A stretch of 64,000 bases of DNA from an uncultured Nitrososphaerales archaeon (GTDB taxonomy: Archaea; Thermoproteota; Nitrososphaeria; Nitrososphaerales; Nitrososphaeraceae): the NCBI GenBank assembly GCA_963841565.1, contig CAWJCY010000013.1, forward strand, positions 32,001 to 96,000, given 5' to 3'. Below, piece after piece: positions 32,988-45,668 of this stretch (its first letter is position 1; each line of letters begins with the position of its first letter). The position numbers and the translations under genes are program-made. The notes under the pieces were generated by a model. It was not told the origin of the DNA. It made no database searches and saw nothing but the letters and a program-made list of their open reading frames with translations.

Positions 32988-33500
32988 AAATGTGGCAATG
33001 GCAACTGGTCTTCTCCTTCACTTTTGCCTTTTCATTGCCACCTATTGATCTCTTACCGACTGTTAGGGCAAAAAGCAGGCTAGACTTAATACCTCCATTG
33101 ATAATCCATTATATCAACCTATATTGCAGAATTCTCAGATATAAGAATTAAATTCCTTAGAATTGCTTATATTTCTTCAATTTATCCCAAAATTTTGTGA
33201 AAGTCTTGGTAGCCTCGTCTGTTGCAAGTTCCCATACCAATACATATCGGAGTCTTTTCTTGACAATATGACAGATTCATCCTTGATTATTGGAAGGAAA
33301 GCGATAGTTACCTAACTTTATCTCATATCATAATCAATGTTATGCAACTCCGGACCTTCAGCTATCACACGGAACATTCGCTAATTCTATGTCGCCCCTA
33401 ACCCTTTAGTTGTCGAATTTATTCTTAGCATGCATCCAAGCAGAACAAACTACCGCAATCATTATAAGATCTGAACAATACGAAGAAATTTGTTAATTTG

Positions 33501-35208
33501 ATGAATAGCAGTAATAGTGTAAGAAGAGGTGAATTATCATTGCTTATTCCAACGATAATTGCATTTAGTTTTGCAATTGCATTGTCATTTTCAGCTTTGC
33601 AGGACTATGGTATCCTTCCCGCATCACACTCATTATCCGTTGCAGTCTGCGTTTGTTTTTGCTCAGACAACTGATGAACCTGTACTTAGATATTCTGATG
33701 ATGTTGGTAATCCCGTATTCAATCGGCCGGGTTTTACAGCCGAAGTAGCAGCCGATGGCCTGTCTTTACCCACTGCCATGGCCTTCTTATCACAAAATGA
33801 CATCCTAGTCTTAGAAAAAGATAAGGGGACTGTCATGAGGGTTATAGACGGGGAAGTACAACCTCAGCCTTTGTTGGATGTCAGCGTGGCAACTGAAGTA
33901 GAAAGATGCATGTGCGGAATTGCCATTTCACAAAACAATGAGACAGGTAAGACGTACGTCTTCTTGTACTATACCGAAGCTCAGGGTGGGGATGGAGGTG
34001 CTCCAATAGGAAATCGGTTATATAGATACGAACTTGAAAATGGGCAGTCAGGAGGCGTGACAGGAGCTGCCAACATTGACTCCACTTCTGAGGCACCGGC
34101 GAGTTCTCCTTCGACAGCCAAACTGGTTAACCCTATACTGCTACTGGATCTACCTGCAGTTCCTGGTCCTAGACACAACGGTGGCGCAATCACAATTGGA
34201 CCTGATAATAACTTGTATATCCCAATTGGAGATACAGACAAAGTGACAGGAGGAACAACACAAACACAGAACAATGATGAACTTCCCGCTGACGGGTCAG
34301 GAGGTATATTAAGAGTAACACAGGACGGTGAACCAGTTATAGACCCAAGCACTGGAAGTTACATCTTGGGAGACGACTATCCTCTTAATTTGTATTATGC
34401 GTACGGCATACGTAACAGTTTCGGAATTGGTTTTGATCCTATTACAGGAAATCTTTGGGATTCAGAGAATGGTCCGGGGTATGGTGATGAGATAAACCTA
34501 ATATACCCAGGCTTCAATAGCGGTTGGAATCAAATTCAAGGAGTTTGGCAACGTGGGGAAGGAGACCCTCGAGAAGGTCAGAGCGCCATTGCTTCTGTCC
34601 AACCTGAAGGACTTGTTGATTTCGATGGTAAAGGACAATATCAACATCCAAAACTGACATTCCTCTATACAATCGGTCCGACCGCACTCAAATTCCTAGA
34701 TTCCGCTAAATATGGTGCTGGGTATCAGAACGATCTTTTTCTGGGAGATATACATGCGGGACATTTATATCATTTCAGCCTTAATGAGGATAGGACAGAA
34801 CTCTTGCTTCCTGAACCTCTAATTGACAGAGTAGCAGATACAGACGGCGAATCTGGTTCAGAAGCCATACTTTTTGCTACTGGATTTGCAGGCATATCAG
34901 ATATTGAAGTGAGTCCTTTCGATGGATATATGTACGTGGTCTCCTTGGGACAGGGCAAGATCTTCAGGATATTACCTACTGCAGATTTGGATATGTCTGC
35001 ATCTGGGGATTCTATTCCAACAATTCCTCTTACCTCTTCGGAGACAACTCTGCCTCCTGTAGGAGATGAGACGGTTGAAGATAACGAAGAAAATAACAAT
35101 GAACAAGTTTCAGACGGATCAGATGATGACGGGGAAGGCAACAACAACGACGATAGCGAAAATGGTGGCGGTGGTGGCGACGAGGCAGGTAGCGAAGACG
35201 AACAGTGA
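33501..35208 (+). CDS. PQQ-dependent glucose/sorbosone dehydrogenase family protein, frameshift after the signal peptide
   Basis: GLSLPTAMAF, HNGG, YAYGIRNSFGIGFDP, ENGP...DEIN, GFNSGW; acidic tail; signal peptide from ATG 33501 lies in another frame until about 33640. Confidence 0.88.
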
Positions 35209-35824
35209 TGAAAGATTGGTTTTCGAACATCAAACATAAGGACTGAGGGATTCTTGAAAATAAAGGAATTATCAGGCGATATCTCGACCATGAAGTAGGC
35301 ATGTATCGCAAGATAACTGAAATCTATTTTTCGTGAGTTACTGAAACCCTGACATCCGCTGACAGGTTAGAAATCGTTTAAGTTCTCAAATCACTAAGGA
35401 TGTTTCATCATCAGTAAGAAATTCGTGTAAAGACCAATTTAGGGAAATTATTTACAATTCGTAGTTAATATTCCATACTCCATGCCACCTTCTGGGTAAA
35501 ATCTTAATCTAGTTCAATCTGCTTCTCTAGCATACTGCCAATAAGTTCGGGTCATATGAGATACAATTGCAATAATTTGGTCGAGTCCCCGTTTGTTACA
35601 AATCTTGGCACTAGTGATTGAAATGACCGAGACATGCAAAAAATCTTGAGATCATAATGAAATAGCCCTCCATCAAAAAAGCCTACGAACATCTCATTAG
35701 GACATGGAAAACACAACTTCTGCAAATCCTGCAATTCATAGTTTGAATAAGAAGTTACTTTACTGTCTTCACTTCATATCGATCTCCCCAGAAAGTTTTT
35801 ATCATTCATATTCTTGCTAATGAT

Positions 35825-36586
35825 ATGATTCAAACTTCTTTCTTTGTCGGCCTCTTCGTTCTTGGTATATCGACTTTGTTGTTAACGTTTTCATTCACTC
35901 TCGCACAATCCTTTAGTCCTTTATTTCTAAATGAGTCACTAGCACTGCAAGATGGAGGATCATTATATTCTGGAAGTCAAAACGAGGGGCTAGAAGATCA
36001 ACAGGGACCTGTTGTAGGCGTCTCTTCTGTGCAGTGTCCTCCGAACCAACATAACGTAGGATCCACCATTCAATGTGAATGGGACAACTGTGGATCGGCA
36101 ACACCACCTATGTATCGGAATACTCAGACCGGAAGATGTGTCACTGATTGTAGTGAAGTCGGTCAGTTCTGGGTGAAGCAAGGCAATATATGCGTACTTA
36201 GCGAGGCGAGTAACACGACCTCAACTCAAAGCCCTTCAGCTGCTAGCTCTGTCTCTAACCGAGAGGGGAATGGAAGTGGAACAATGGAATTTGGAAATGG
36301 AACAATTCAAACTGGAGCTAGTAGTGAGCGTCTTTCAGACAACGCTTCGAAGAGCAGCATAACTTCCAACCTATCGTCATCACCTTCAACTATTTCGCAA
36401 TCAATCGCTAGTCTAGCCGGTGAACCTGCATTACCTTATGCTTGTTTCTCAAACTCATTTACGTGTTATTGTGATGGGACTGAGGACTGCAAGCAGCTAA
36501 CTTCATCGGGAGAGTGTAAGGCTGAGGTTAAAACTGTCGAGGGTAAGCCAGGATTAGGTGAGTGTGATTGGAATACAAAATCTTGA
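35825..36586 (+). CDS. secreted protein with two Cys-rich modules and Ser/Thr linker
   Basis: signal peptide; 6-Cys N module, S/T-rich linker, 6-Cys C module. Confidence 0.75.
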   Translation: MIQTSFFVGLFVLGISTLLLTFSFTLAQSFSPLFLNESLALQDGGSLYSGSQNEGLEDQQGPVVGVSSVQCPPNQHNVGSTIQCEWDNCGSATPPMYRNTQTGRCVTDCSEVGQFWVKQGNICVLSEASNTTSTQSPSAASSVSNREGNGSGTMEFGNGTIQTGASSERLSDNASKSSITSNLSSSPSTISQSIASLAGEPALPYACFSNSFTCYCDGTEDCKQLTSSGECKAEVKTVEGKPGLGECDWNTKS

Positions 36587-37117
36587 CTACTTATTCAATG
36601 CTTTGCAACTCATGATAGTTTGTTTGTATTTGTCGATCAAGTTTAAGATTCGTGAAAGCAGTAACATCTGACCAGTTTTTATAGAATTGTCCTTACTGAA
36701 GTAATGATACGAGATCCGCCATTTAAATAGACAAGGAACTCGCTTTTTTTTACAGTGACAATTGAATTTGGGAATTCAACGTCTTATTCTGCTATTGCGA
36801 ATTTTGGAAAGATTTCAGGATTTAGTCCTATTAATTTGGCGTCAATACTATACTACCAATCGCTTACATGAGGTTCGACAATTACGTATGACTCTCATAA
36901 GGGATGACGAAGGATTGTTAAGTGAAGATGACTAACCGTCACTGATTGAATCTAGTGTTTAATTGAATGGTTAGTACAGCATGAAAAATGCAGTTTTCCA
37001 GGCGTAGCCTATTTTTTGGAATTATTGTTGTAATCACGATAGCCTTTCCGATCATATATCAGCAAAAACAATATCATGGATTGAATCGAGAAAGCCGACC
37101 TTGCTCTTGCAATAGCC

Positions 37118-37486
37118 TTGGGGCTGTCACTTTATGCAGAAATTCTTTGGCCAATTCATGAAATAGTGCTACTATTAGTCGTGCCATCGGTTCAGTCATT
37201 GGCAGATGCGTTGTCTCTATCCGCCTATGCTCCACTAGGATACTACGTCTTTTCAACATACCTTCGCTATTACATGCAATTTCATTTTAGTCATCTACTT
37301 ATGATTGCTGCTATAATTGCAAGTGCGATATTCATACTTCTCTTAACAGAATGGGAGATAGGGCTGAGGGTGACAGATTACTGGCACGTAACAGCCACGG
37401 CCGTTGAAGGTAAAATGCCAACCTTTTCTTGGAATAATACGACGGAGGAAGACGGATTTTCGGGTTGTAGTGAAAATCAGCTTTAG
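37118..37486 (+). CDS. hypothetical membrane protein (possibly a fragment)
   Basis: hydrophobic segments; boundaries uncertain. Confidence 0.35.
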   Translation: MGLSLYAEILWPIHEIVLLLVVPSVQSLADALSLSAYAPLGYYVFSTYLRYYMQFHFSHLLMIAAIIASAIFILLLTEWEIGLRVTDYWHVTATAVEGKMPTFSWNNTTEEDGFSGCSENQL

Positions 37487-37922
37487 CTTCATGAGACTTC
37501 AAATGAAATGGGAAGTACGGTTGAGTGGGCTATCGAATATGATACTAAACTACCACATTCCAAAGTCGGCTTCGGGATTCCAAATAAATCACAGATGTAT
37601 CATTAATTTCTTTAAGTATTGTACTACCAATATCAACAGGTGCGTCGGCGGCGGTTCAAATAAAACAATAACGTTAGGGCATGATCGACAGCGGCAAAGA
37701 ACTAGTAGGCAGAAAATCTCGACGAGCCAACCAACAGCCACATCAATATTCCATTAATATCTCGCTAATTCTCAAGAAAAATAAAGAAAAAACCTGAATC
37801 GATCTTGTACCCGAATGGCTCCTAATATTTCAACGCCAATTTCATTCTACATCTTAGCTTCAAATTGCTCAGTATCTATCTATTTCTCAACAGGGGATTG
37901 TTGTCAACTAGTTCATAATACT

Positions 37923-39639
37923 TTATTTGCCGAATAACTGATCACATAGTTCCTTACTAGCACCTTCGACACATTGATTGTACATGTCACCGAAGAGATC
38001 ACCGCTGAAGGGATCTTTCTGTGAAAACGGTAATTGTGGCAGCTGTTCAAGAGGTCCCTGTTCCCGAAGTGTCTGTTCACTTTGAAGTTTCCCCAATTTC
38101 AATGGAACGGTGATTTCTTGACCGTCTCTGATTAGCCGAATTTGTACGTTATCCCCAACTTTTTTAGTGTCCAAGTAAGACTGGATATCCTGGATTGTGT
38201 TAACATCCATTTCGTCTATCCCGACAACAATATCTCCCCCAAGTTTAATGTCACTACCGTTAATGTTGGCAACTTTGTATCCACCTCTAATCCCAGCCAA
38301 ATCAGCCGGTCCACCAGAAATTATATCTTCTATGAGGAAGCCCATTTGGGATTGTGTAAGATTCATTCTTTCGGCCAATTCCGGTGTCATATTAATGCCG
38401 TTTATTCCCAAAGCAGGTCTCTCTGGTTGCTGTACTGGTCCTCGGTTTGGTTGGGACATGTCTTCACCTCCCTGATTTGGTCTAGCAGCAAGTATCAAAT
38501 CGATATGTTCGGTCTTTCCGTCTCTAACAACTGATAACTCAATACTGTCACCAACTGCCTTTTGTTCTTCCAAGTAAGAAAGGAGGTCTTCCATGGCTCT
38601 AACACTTTGGTTGTCGATTGCAACAATTAAATCCCCTCCTAGTCTTATATCCTGTCCATCCACAGATGTAAGCACATCTCCTCCTCGTATTCCGGCTTTG
38701 TCAGCAGGACTATCAGCTGTTATATCTACAACAAGAATTCCCTTTGTATCATTCAAATGCGATGCATTTGAGATTTCAGGGGATAGTGTGATTCCGGAGA
38801 TACCCATGTAAGGATGCTGGTAAGAACCGTTTTTCAATAGGGATGATACTACTTTTTGAACCATACTTGACGGGATTGCAAATCCCACTCCTGAGTAAAC
38901 TCCCGTATTTGAGAAAATCGCCGTGTTCATACCCACCATTTCTCCCTTAGAATTGAGCAATGGTCCACCTGAATTACCTGGATTTATTGCTGCATCAGTC
39001 TGAATTATGTTCGATATTGAATATCCGGTGATGTCATTGGGCAAGACTCGTCCCATCTGGCTTATGACCCCGGAAGTCAAGGTCCCACTGAGACCGAATG
39101 GATTGCCAATTGCAATAACTTGCTCTCCCACCTGTAAGGCTGATGAATTTGCAGCTTTTAGCGGCGGAATCCGTTTTTGAAAGCCATCATCAGTTATTTC
39201 TAAAACGGCAATATCCGAATAAGGATCTTTTCCAATTACTTTAGCAGTATAGGAATCCCCATCTACAAACGTAACTTCAACACTATTAGGATCAGAAATC
39301 ACATGATAGTTGGTGATGATGTGTCCGTCCTGATCATATACAAACCCTGAACCTAGAGCGACATCATCATGAGGGATCAGTTCCCCATTTCTTATTACAA
39401 GACTATTATTAACAGGACTAGTACCTAGTTACTTGTACAACAGAATTTTCGGTCTTGTTAAAGATTTCTGGCATTGTTAATGCCTCTGAAGTTGAGCTTG
39501 ATGACGATAACGAATTAGTGCTAACATTGTTACTCGAGCTTTCATTAGCGTGTTGGGCCATTACTTCCGTTGAAGCTATCCCAAAAAACAGAGTGGTCGC
39601 CAAAATGGCTATTATGGAGATCCAAAAATAATTGTGCAT
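37923..39639 (-). CDS. htrA: HtrA/DegP-like serine protease with two PDZ domains, 1-nt insertion near 39425
   Basis: GSGFVYD...ITNYHV read upstream of ORF 37923..39302, SDIAVL, TDAAINPGNSGGPL, two PDZ domains; signal peptide in ORF 39418..39639. Confidence 0.92.
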
Positions 39640-40264
39640 GTGGGGTAGTAACGCATTCTGTTATTTATATGTTGACAATTATGTCATAAAACATGTGTCT
39701 GAATGTCAATTAATACATATATTCATTATATCCGTTTGAACATGAAAGGCTATTATTTTCGAACAACTTTGAAGTATGGATTGAGGTTGGATCCTGGATT
39801 GATTAATATCCTATTAGTTTAGGATAAATGTGAAGAAAGTCAGTCCTTGGCTTCATACATAAATTTTTTGTCAAGGTCATCAACCGTAAAATGAATGTCA
39901 TTCTGAGATTATTAATTCTGATTATCTAATTAGATGTTAATTCTCATCCTTCTAAATCAATCTTTTCAGTTATTGACGAATACGGTTGAACCTAATGCAT
40001 ATCTATGAGAAAAGGTGCTTTCTATTTTGTACCAATTCTCTGTAAGGTAAATTTCTAATATTGAAAAGACTCGCATAGTTTGATGAACTGGCAGCTGCCA
40101 GGATCTCTAGTATTGCTTTGATTTAAATTCTTGATATACTAGAGTCTCAGCCTTTAGTATAAAGGCGTCAGAACACTCGAGCAGCAATCTGATGGCGGTC
40201 AACATATGAGTCAGAAATGAGCTGGTAGACGGAATTCAATTGAAACGGCACGCCGTGGAGTGTA

Positions 40265-41613
40265 TTACTTCATGGACTTATGCAACGTAATGACGAACAC
40301 GACCATCACAATTACCACAAGCCAGCCTGAAAGGCCCACCGAAAGGTTCAATATTTTTAACGTAAGCAAAGATGTGAATTGGAAAACAAAGTTGGAAACC
40401 GAATTTTGTTGAGCAAGAATGACGTCCCCCAATGCGCGTAAACCTAACGATAAAACGATTAGTAATATTGGTATTTTATTGAGATTAGTAAATTGGACCG
40501 TTTTCCCGATGATTGGAGGAAGCATAAGGGGTAGATATAACGAAATAGTAATTCCGATAAACCCTATTGCAATTGTATGTATTGCGATGTCGTATAAGGC
40601 AAATCGATATACTTCATAATCCTGTCCGTACGTAATACCAAGAAGTATTGCCACAAAAATACCCAACAGGAGCAGAAGAAATGATATCTTTATGTGTAGA
40701 CCTGTAAGATTATACCTTACCTTTTTTTCTCCTTGGACAAGATTGATGATGTCCGAATTATCGAATCCACCAAATGCATAAATTGATAGTATAAAGGCAA
40801 CAACAGACGCGAAAAAAAACATGTTAAAGACCAAATGAAGTTTCAATAATTCGGTATCAAAGAGTATAGAAAGTAAACCTGTGATAACACAGCTTGATAT
40901 TAGGATAAGAGAGGAAAGACCTACGATACTTCGAGGTCTAATGAATCCAAGGAATGATGGAAGGGTCTTGTATTCAATTCCAAATATCATGATTATAGGA
41001 AATAGTAACCACAATTCGATGTGACTTAAGGGGTAAGCAATTGTTAGTCTTGCCTTTGTGATATCTTTTTCCGAGTAAATAAGACCAGACATCTGTGCAA
41101 GCTCGATCATATTCATGGTCAGCAATGTCGTGACAGATAACGCAATGAAATAGTCAGATAGTCTTAGCCGTTTCGGTCTTATCTTCAGCATCAAGAAATA
41201 ATAGTTACAAAGATCGATATCCCAGCAACTCTCAGAGCGGTGATCACTAACATTATGAAAAAAAACTTGTCAGGCAGTATCGAAGGTTGCAACAGAGTTA
41301 CTACTTGAGCGATTAGGGAGAAAAATACAAGGAGAAAAGAAAGATACGCATATTTTACAGATGGGAGTGAGACGTTTCTAAATCTAGGAACTATCATGTA
41401 CCCAACACCCATTATGAGTAAAATCAGAAATCCGTCGATCTGAAGTATTCTGTGTTGTTGGAATAATTAACCAAACCAATTAGGCACGCCGATATCAAGT
41501 AGTGTCATCATCCATGCTGCTCCTATGAACGAACCTACAAACAGAATGATCACGGCTGAAACAATGAAAGGCTTACTCAAATAGCTGATTTTGATGGTGT
41601 TGATGCTTGGCAA
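40265..41613 (-). pseudogene. multi-pass membrane protein, NnrS-like; in-frame stop plus frameshift
   Basis: H.ILQIDGF.ILLIMGVGYMIVPRF, HIELWL, DIAIHTIAIGFIG His motifs; TAA near 41468 and frameshift near 41195. Confidence 0.55.
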
Positions 41614-42204
41614 AAACTATAGTACTTTTTTGTTGTTTTTAGGACTATTTAATATTACACGAACCTAAAGCAATCCGAAATACCAATAGGATTTATGGTC
41701 CAATGAGGGTAGGGCTCTAAATTTCTTGTGCCATCTGTTATTTCATAGGTGGGGAGTATAATCTGATTTATGTCTTTTAAGATGATACTGTACAATAAGG
41801 ACTACGCAACAAGTAACGGGATCTAAAATGTCCGGTGGTTTAATTCAAGCTGGAATCAGTTCTTGCGATCAAATGAGATGATTTCGTAACAATTCGCCGA
41901 ATTTGAGGATTGTTAAAGTTCGACCAAGAAAGCAAAAAGCAATTTTAGTTTGGATACTAACTAATTTCTTCATTTCTAAAGTCAACACACACATTTGTGC
42001 TTTTGAACCATCTGCCCCATTCCTCCTCCAGAAACCAACAGGCTTCCTATGTCTGCAGCCTTCCTCCAGATGTGCTTTCAGCAATAGATGATTCCTCCCT
42101 CCAATCTAACGATTGTTCTTTTCTAGGTTGAGTAACAAGATACTGAGCATGAACGTGAACAAAAATCATTTATAATTTTGATTAAGGTCTACTTGACTAT
42201 GACT

Positions 42205-42585
42205 CTAATCAGATATCTTACTGGTGATAGGTAGTTCTTGTTCCTCATCTAGTTCATTACCTTGTTTTGCCCGTTTTCGCCGCCTCTTCCTTACTTCATT
42301 GAGGACCTCGCGAATGGTTTCTTCCGAGACCTTAGCAATTTTTGCGTCACACTCTATCCCTTTTGCATCCAATACCTCTTCGGTGACAGAAATCATTTCC
42401 GTCTTGTTGACTTTTTCCTCCTGTGTTAACAGATTCAGACTCATAAACCGGAAGAATGCAAATTCACTCATTATCTTGTTTGACCCAATAAAATATAGTG
42501 GGCTTCGATCTTTTATGGTTTTCTTGAAGAGTATTTCAATTATTTTGTACATATAGCCCATTACAAATCGGAGTCCTGGTCGCAA
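42205..42585 (-). CDS. hypothetical protein
   Basis: charged C-terminal half; true start probably an internal Met. Confidence 0.45.
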   Translation of the reverse strand: MRPGLRFVMGYMYKIIEILFKKTIKDRSPLYFIGSNKIMSEFAFFRFMSLNLLTQEEKVNKTEMISVTEEVLDAKGIECDAKIAKVSEETIREVLNEVRKRRRKRAKQGNELDEEQELPITSKISD

Positions 42586-42710
42586 ATCAGACTAGTCTAA
42601 AACCAGGAGCTGTGAATTCTCTCCATATAAGAAAAAATTCTAAAGGTGAGAAAGGAATAGAATATCCGGTCTTAACCGGTCCCTCGCTAAATTTATCTCT
42701 ATACTCGTAC

Positions 42711-43175
42711 TCAGGGCGTTATTGTTACTGGACTGGACATTTCTGCCTTTCCTTCGCCAATTTCGGCTGTTTTATCTCTAATAAAATCCCAAAAGTGCTT
42801 CTCGAACGCGTGTGCCCTATAAATTTCAGCCAGAGCAACCGGAATTGTAGCTAGTCCTGCTGTCGCGACTCCCCATATGGCTGTTGGCACAATTATGTCT
42901 TTACCCCATGCGCCAGTTCTCAGAATTAGGTCGTAGTTACCCTTGGTTCCGCTTATCATTACTTCTACATCTCTTATATTACCCACAACTATACTACCTT
43001 TGCTACCTTTATGCGCCTTCAAGTTCCAATAGCCGGAAGCAGTGGAAGCAGTGGAAGGTTCAGTCTCTTCATGAATAATATCTAGCTTTATTTCCTGCAA
43101 ATGCTTCTTTATGAGTTCCCAAAGTCGTTCGACTTCTACGTTTTTCAAAGTTACGTGTTCTTGTCTCACAACCAC
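42711..43175 (-). CDS. hypothetical protein with one hydrophobic segment
   Basis: 154-aa ORF with strongly protein-like composition. Confidence 0.7.
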   Translation of the reverse strand: MVVRQEHVTLKNVEVERLWELIKKHLQEIKLDIIHEETEPSTASTASGYWNLKAHKGSKGSIVVGNIRDVEVMISGTKGNYDLILRTGAWGKDIIVPTAIWGVATAGLATIPVALAEIYRAHAFEKHFWDFIRDKTAEIGEGKAEMSSPVTITP

Positions 43176-43536
43176 CTCTCTCGAAAGTCCCTATTATACC
43201 TTTATGCAGTCCAGTTAAGCTCTAATATTTAAAAACTTATAGAACAAATCTTAAAAAATATCAATTAACTTTCAGATACTTCTTTTGGCCCTTGCAAATC
43301 AATTACCTTTCATGGGTCGCGTATATAGCAAAGTTGGATACCATGCCACTAAAGATTCTTTTTATCCTATCAAGTTGTGTGGTGTTCCAAAGTTAAGCCT
43401 CTCTTCCTTTTTCATTGGCAATATTCAAATGACGTCTGAAAGAGTCTCGTGCTGCGATCTCCGTTCTGAAGCCAGTTGTAGTACTACTTTACGTCCGTCC
43501 CCTATATAGAAAGTACCCACTGGTTCTGCTCCTTGC

Positions 43537-43594
43537 TCTTATTCTCTTTGAAGTTGGGTCTTGATTCTTATTCTCTTTGAAGTTGGGTCTTGAT
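43537..43594. repeat. perfect 29-bp tandem duplication
   Basis: TCTTATTCTCTTTGAAGTTGGGTCTTGAT at 43537 and 43566. Confidence 0.92.
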
Positions 43595-43893
43595 CGATGT
43601 CTTAGGCTGACTTGGCAAATCATCTTGTTGTATTGCTCCTGATGGTTTTGGTAGGCAGTTAGCGCGAGCAAATGCATTTGGTCCTAATATACTGGCTAAA
43701 TTACTTTCGCTAGTATACCTAGAGACGGACTTGATGTTGCCCTTGGAGTAGTCGCACCACCAAAATAAGTACTTTGATTGTGATAACCTACTTTTACACA
43801 TTCTCCCAACTTTAGCAAAGTTTGCCATTTCCAAATCAAATACATTAAGAGAAGGCAAAGAATAAACAAATTTTTCTCCCGTGACACCACAAT

Positions 43894-44625
43894 CTAAATG
43901 ACTAATGGCGTGTAGTGCCAGTTGGATAAAAAAGTCGACTTGACATCCTTATTTCTTTTATGAGGTGTGGTGACTATCAATGCTACACCCATAAGGATTA
44001 CAATCATTGCGATTACAGTAGTGCTTGTAATTGATTCGTGAAGTAATAACCAACCTAGAATCACGGCGATAACAGGGCTAACATAAGCAAATGTGTTGGC
44101 TAACGATGGGGTGGTTTTCCTCAATAGCCAATAAAAATCAGTGAAGCCAACTACTGTGACTATAAGAATTAGATAAACCAAAGCAATTGAGGATTGCCAT
44201 GATATATCAGATACCTCAAGGTTTCGATATTCGCCCAGGGAAAGTCTTATCGCAGTGAGCATTAACCCTCCAGTAATCATTATCATTCCGGAGGACGCAA
44301 GAACACTTACTGGCAATCTTGATTTCGTCGAGTAAAGAGAACCGAGGGCCCACTACACTGACTTATTATTAGAGCCGTCGTCCCCACAGGACTCAACTCT
44401 CCAGTACTTAGAGAAGGTGCAACAAGAAGCATCAAACCACCAAATCCGGTACAAAGCCCTATTATCATTCGTTTCGATAAACGCCTCTTGAAAATTAGAA
44501 GTGCAAGAATAGCAACCCATAACGGAACAGTCGAATTCAAAAGTCCGGTGATCCCTGATGGAAGATATTGAGCTCCCCATGTCAGAATGCCCTGTAGGGA
44601 CGGAAGTCCTACTTCTTCCTGTCAA
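43894..44625 (-). pseudogene. EamA/DMT family transporter, 5'-truncated and frameshifted
   Basis: SSGITGLLNSTVPLWV, GLCTGFGG, YWLLR, TFAYVSPVIAVILGWLLLHE across ORFs 44307..44540 and 43894..44316. Confidence 0.8.
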
Positions 44626-44691
44626 TAGAATACATATACCTCATGATCAGATCAATAACAATAATAGTATTGAAGTATTCCTACTATTAGA

Positions 44692-45054
44692 TTGATAGTA
44701 AGACTAGATCTTTCTAGAGTCCCTAGCACCTTGAAATCTGTTATTATCGATCGATTAAAATTTACAGAACAAAAACAACCGGAATCAAATCAACCGGATA
44801 TAGTAATTATGCAAGGTGAAAGTGAAAGTGAAAATGGCATCAATGATGTAAAAAGAAAAATAAAGGATATCTTGATTCAAATTAAGATTCGCGACTTTGT
44901 AACAATCACGGATCCGGTAGACCACCACAAGATCCTGATAGTTGGAAAGAAGGATGCAGAAAGACTAGACTCATTTCATTGCAATCATTGTGGGATGGAA
45001 TTCATTGACGAAATTCAACTGGGAATTCATCAGAGGCTCCATTTCCCTTTTTAA
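44692..45054 (+). CDS. protein with C-terminal C2H2 zinc finger
   Basis: FHCNHCGMEFIDEIQLGIHQRLH. Confidence 0.75.
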   Translation: MIVRLDLSRVPSTLKSVIIDRLKFTEQKQPESNQPDIVIMQGESESENGINDVKRKIKDILIQIKIRDFVTITDPVDHHKILIVGKKDAERLDSFHCNHCGMEFIDEIQLGIHQRLHFPF

Positions 45055-45293
45055 ATTTCCCTCGTGACGTGTTCATACTAAGTTTCATTATCAGATTTTG
45101 TTTGTGAGATCGTATTGAATACTTTCTCTTTTCTCGCCTGATATTGGGGAAAGTAATTCTCAACTATCTGCTAGGATGACATTAAATTGACATGGGTAGT
45201 ATCCTCTTGTAGATTTCATAGCAGGTTTTATTCATTTACCAGTAGTGAATTAGTCTCTATGTGAGATTCCTATCTTTAAGATCTTCCGCCTAT

Positions 45294-45668
45294 TCAATTC
45301 GCCCCAGACAAGATAATATTGCTAGAGTTTTGATATTGTTCTAAAAATGTTCTCATTGTGTTAATGTAACCTTCCATAAAGTCATTGCATGCCGTTATGC
45401 CCTCTAAATCATAGTTCAATGCTTTGCTTGAGCATGTATTTAGTATAGTGTTTAACACCTGTTCAATATTCATGTCTTGATTTGACAGTCTGTCTGCTCT
45501 TTCTAGTTGTATATCAATCTGGGCCACATCCTCTGAGGTCATATTTTTAGGATTTCCTAAGTCAAAGTCATAGAGCTTACCGAGACTCGGAGAAAATACA
45601 AATAAACCAAATATCAAGGCTACAGCAAGCATAACGATCCCAGCAACTAATGTCAGTTTTTTCTTCAT
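45294..45668 (-). CDS. membrane-anchored or secreted hypothetical protein
   Basis: MKKK plus hydrophobic helix; Cys pair. Confidence 0.7.
   Translation of the reverse strand: MKKKLTLVAGIVMLAVALIFGLFVFSPSLGKLYDFDLGNPKNMTSEDVAQIDIQLERADRLSNQDMNIEQVLNTILNTCSSKALNYDLEGITACNDFMEGYINTMRTFLEQYQNSSNIILSGAN

Noticed and set aside
43537-43594. Mini CRISPR array (29-bp repeats)
   Set aside because: Two abutting units with no spacer.
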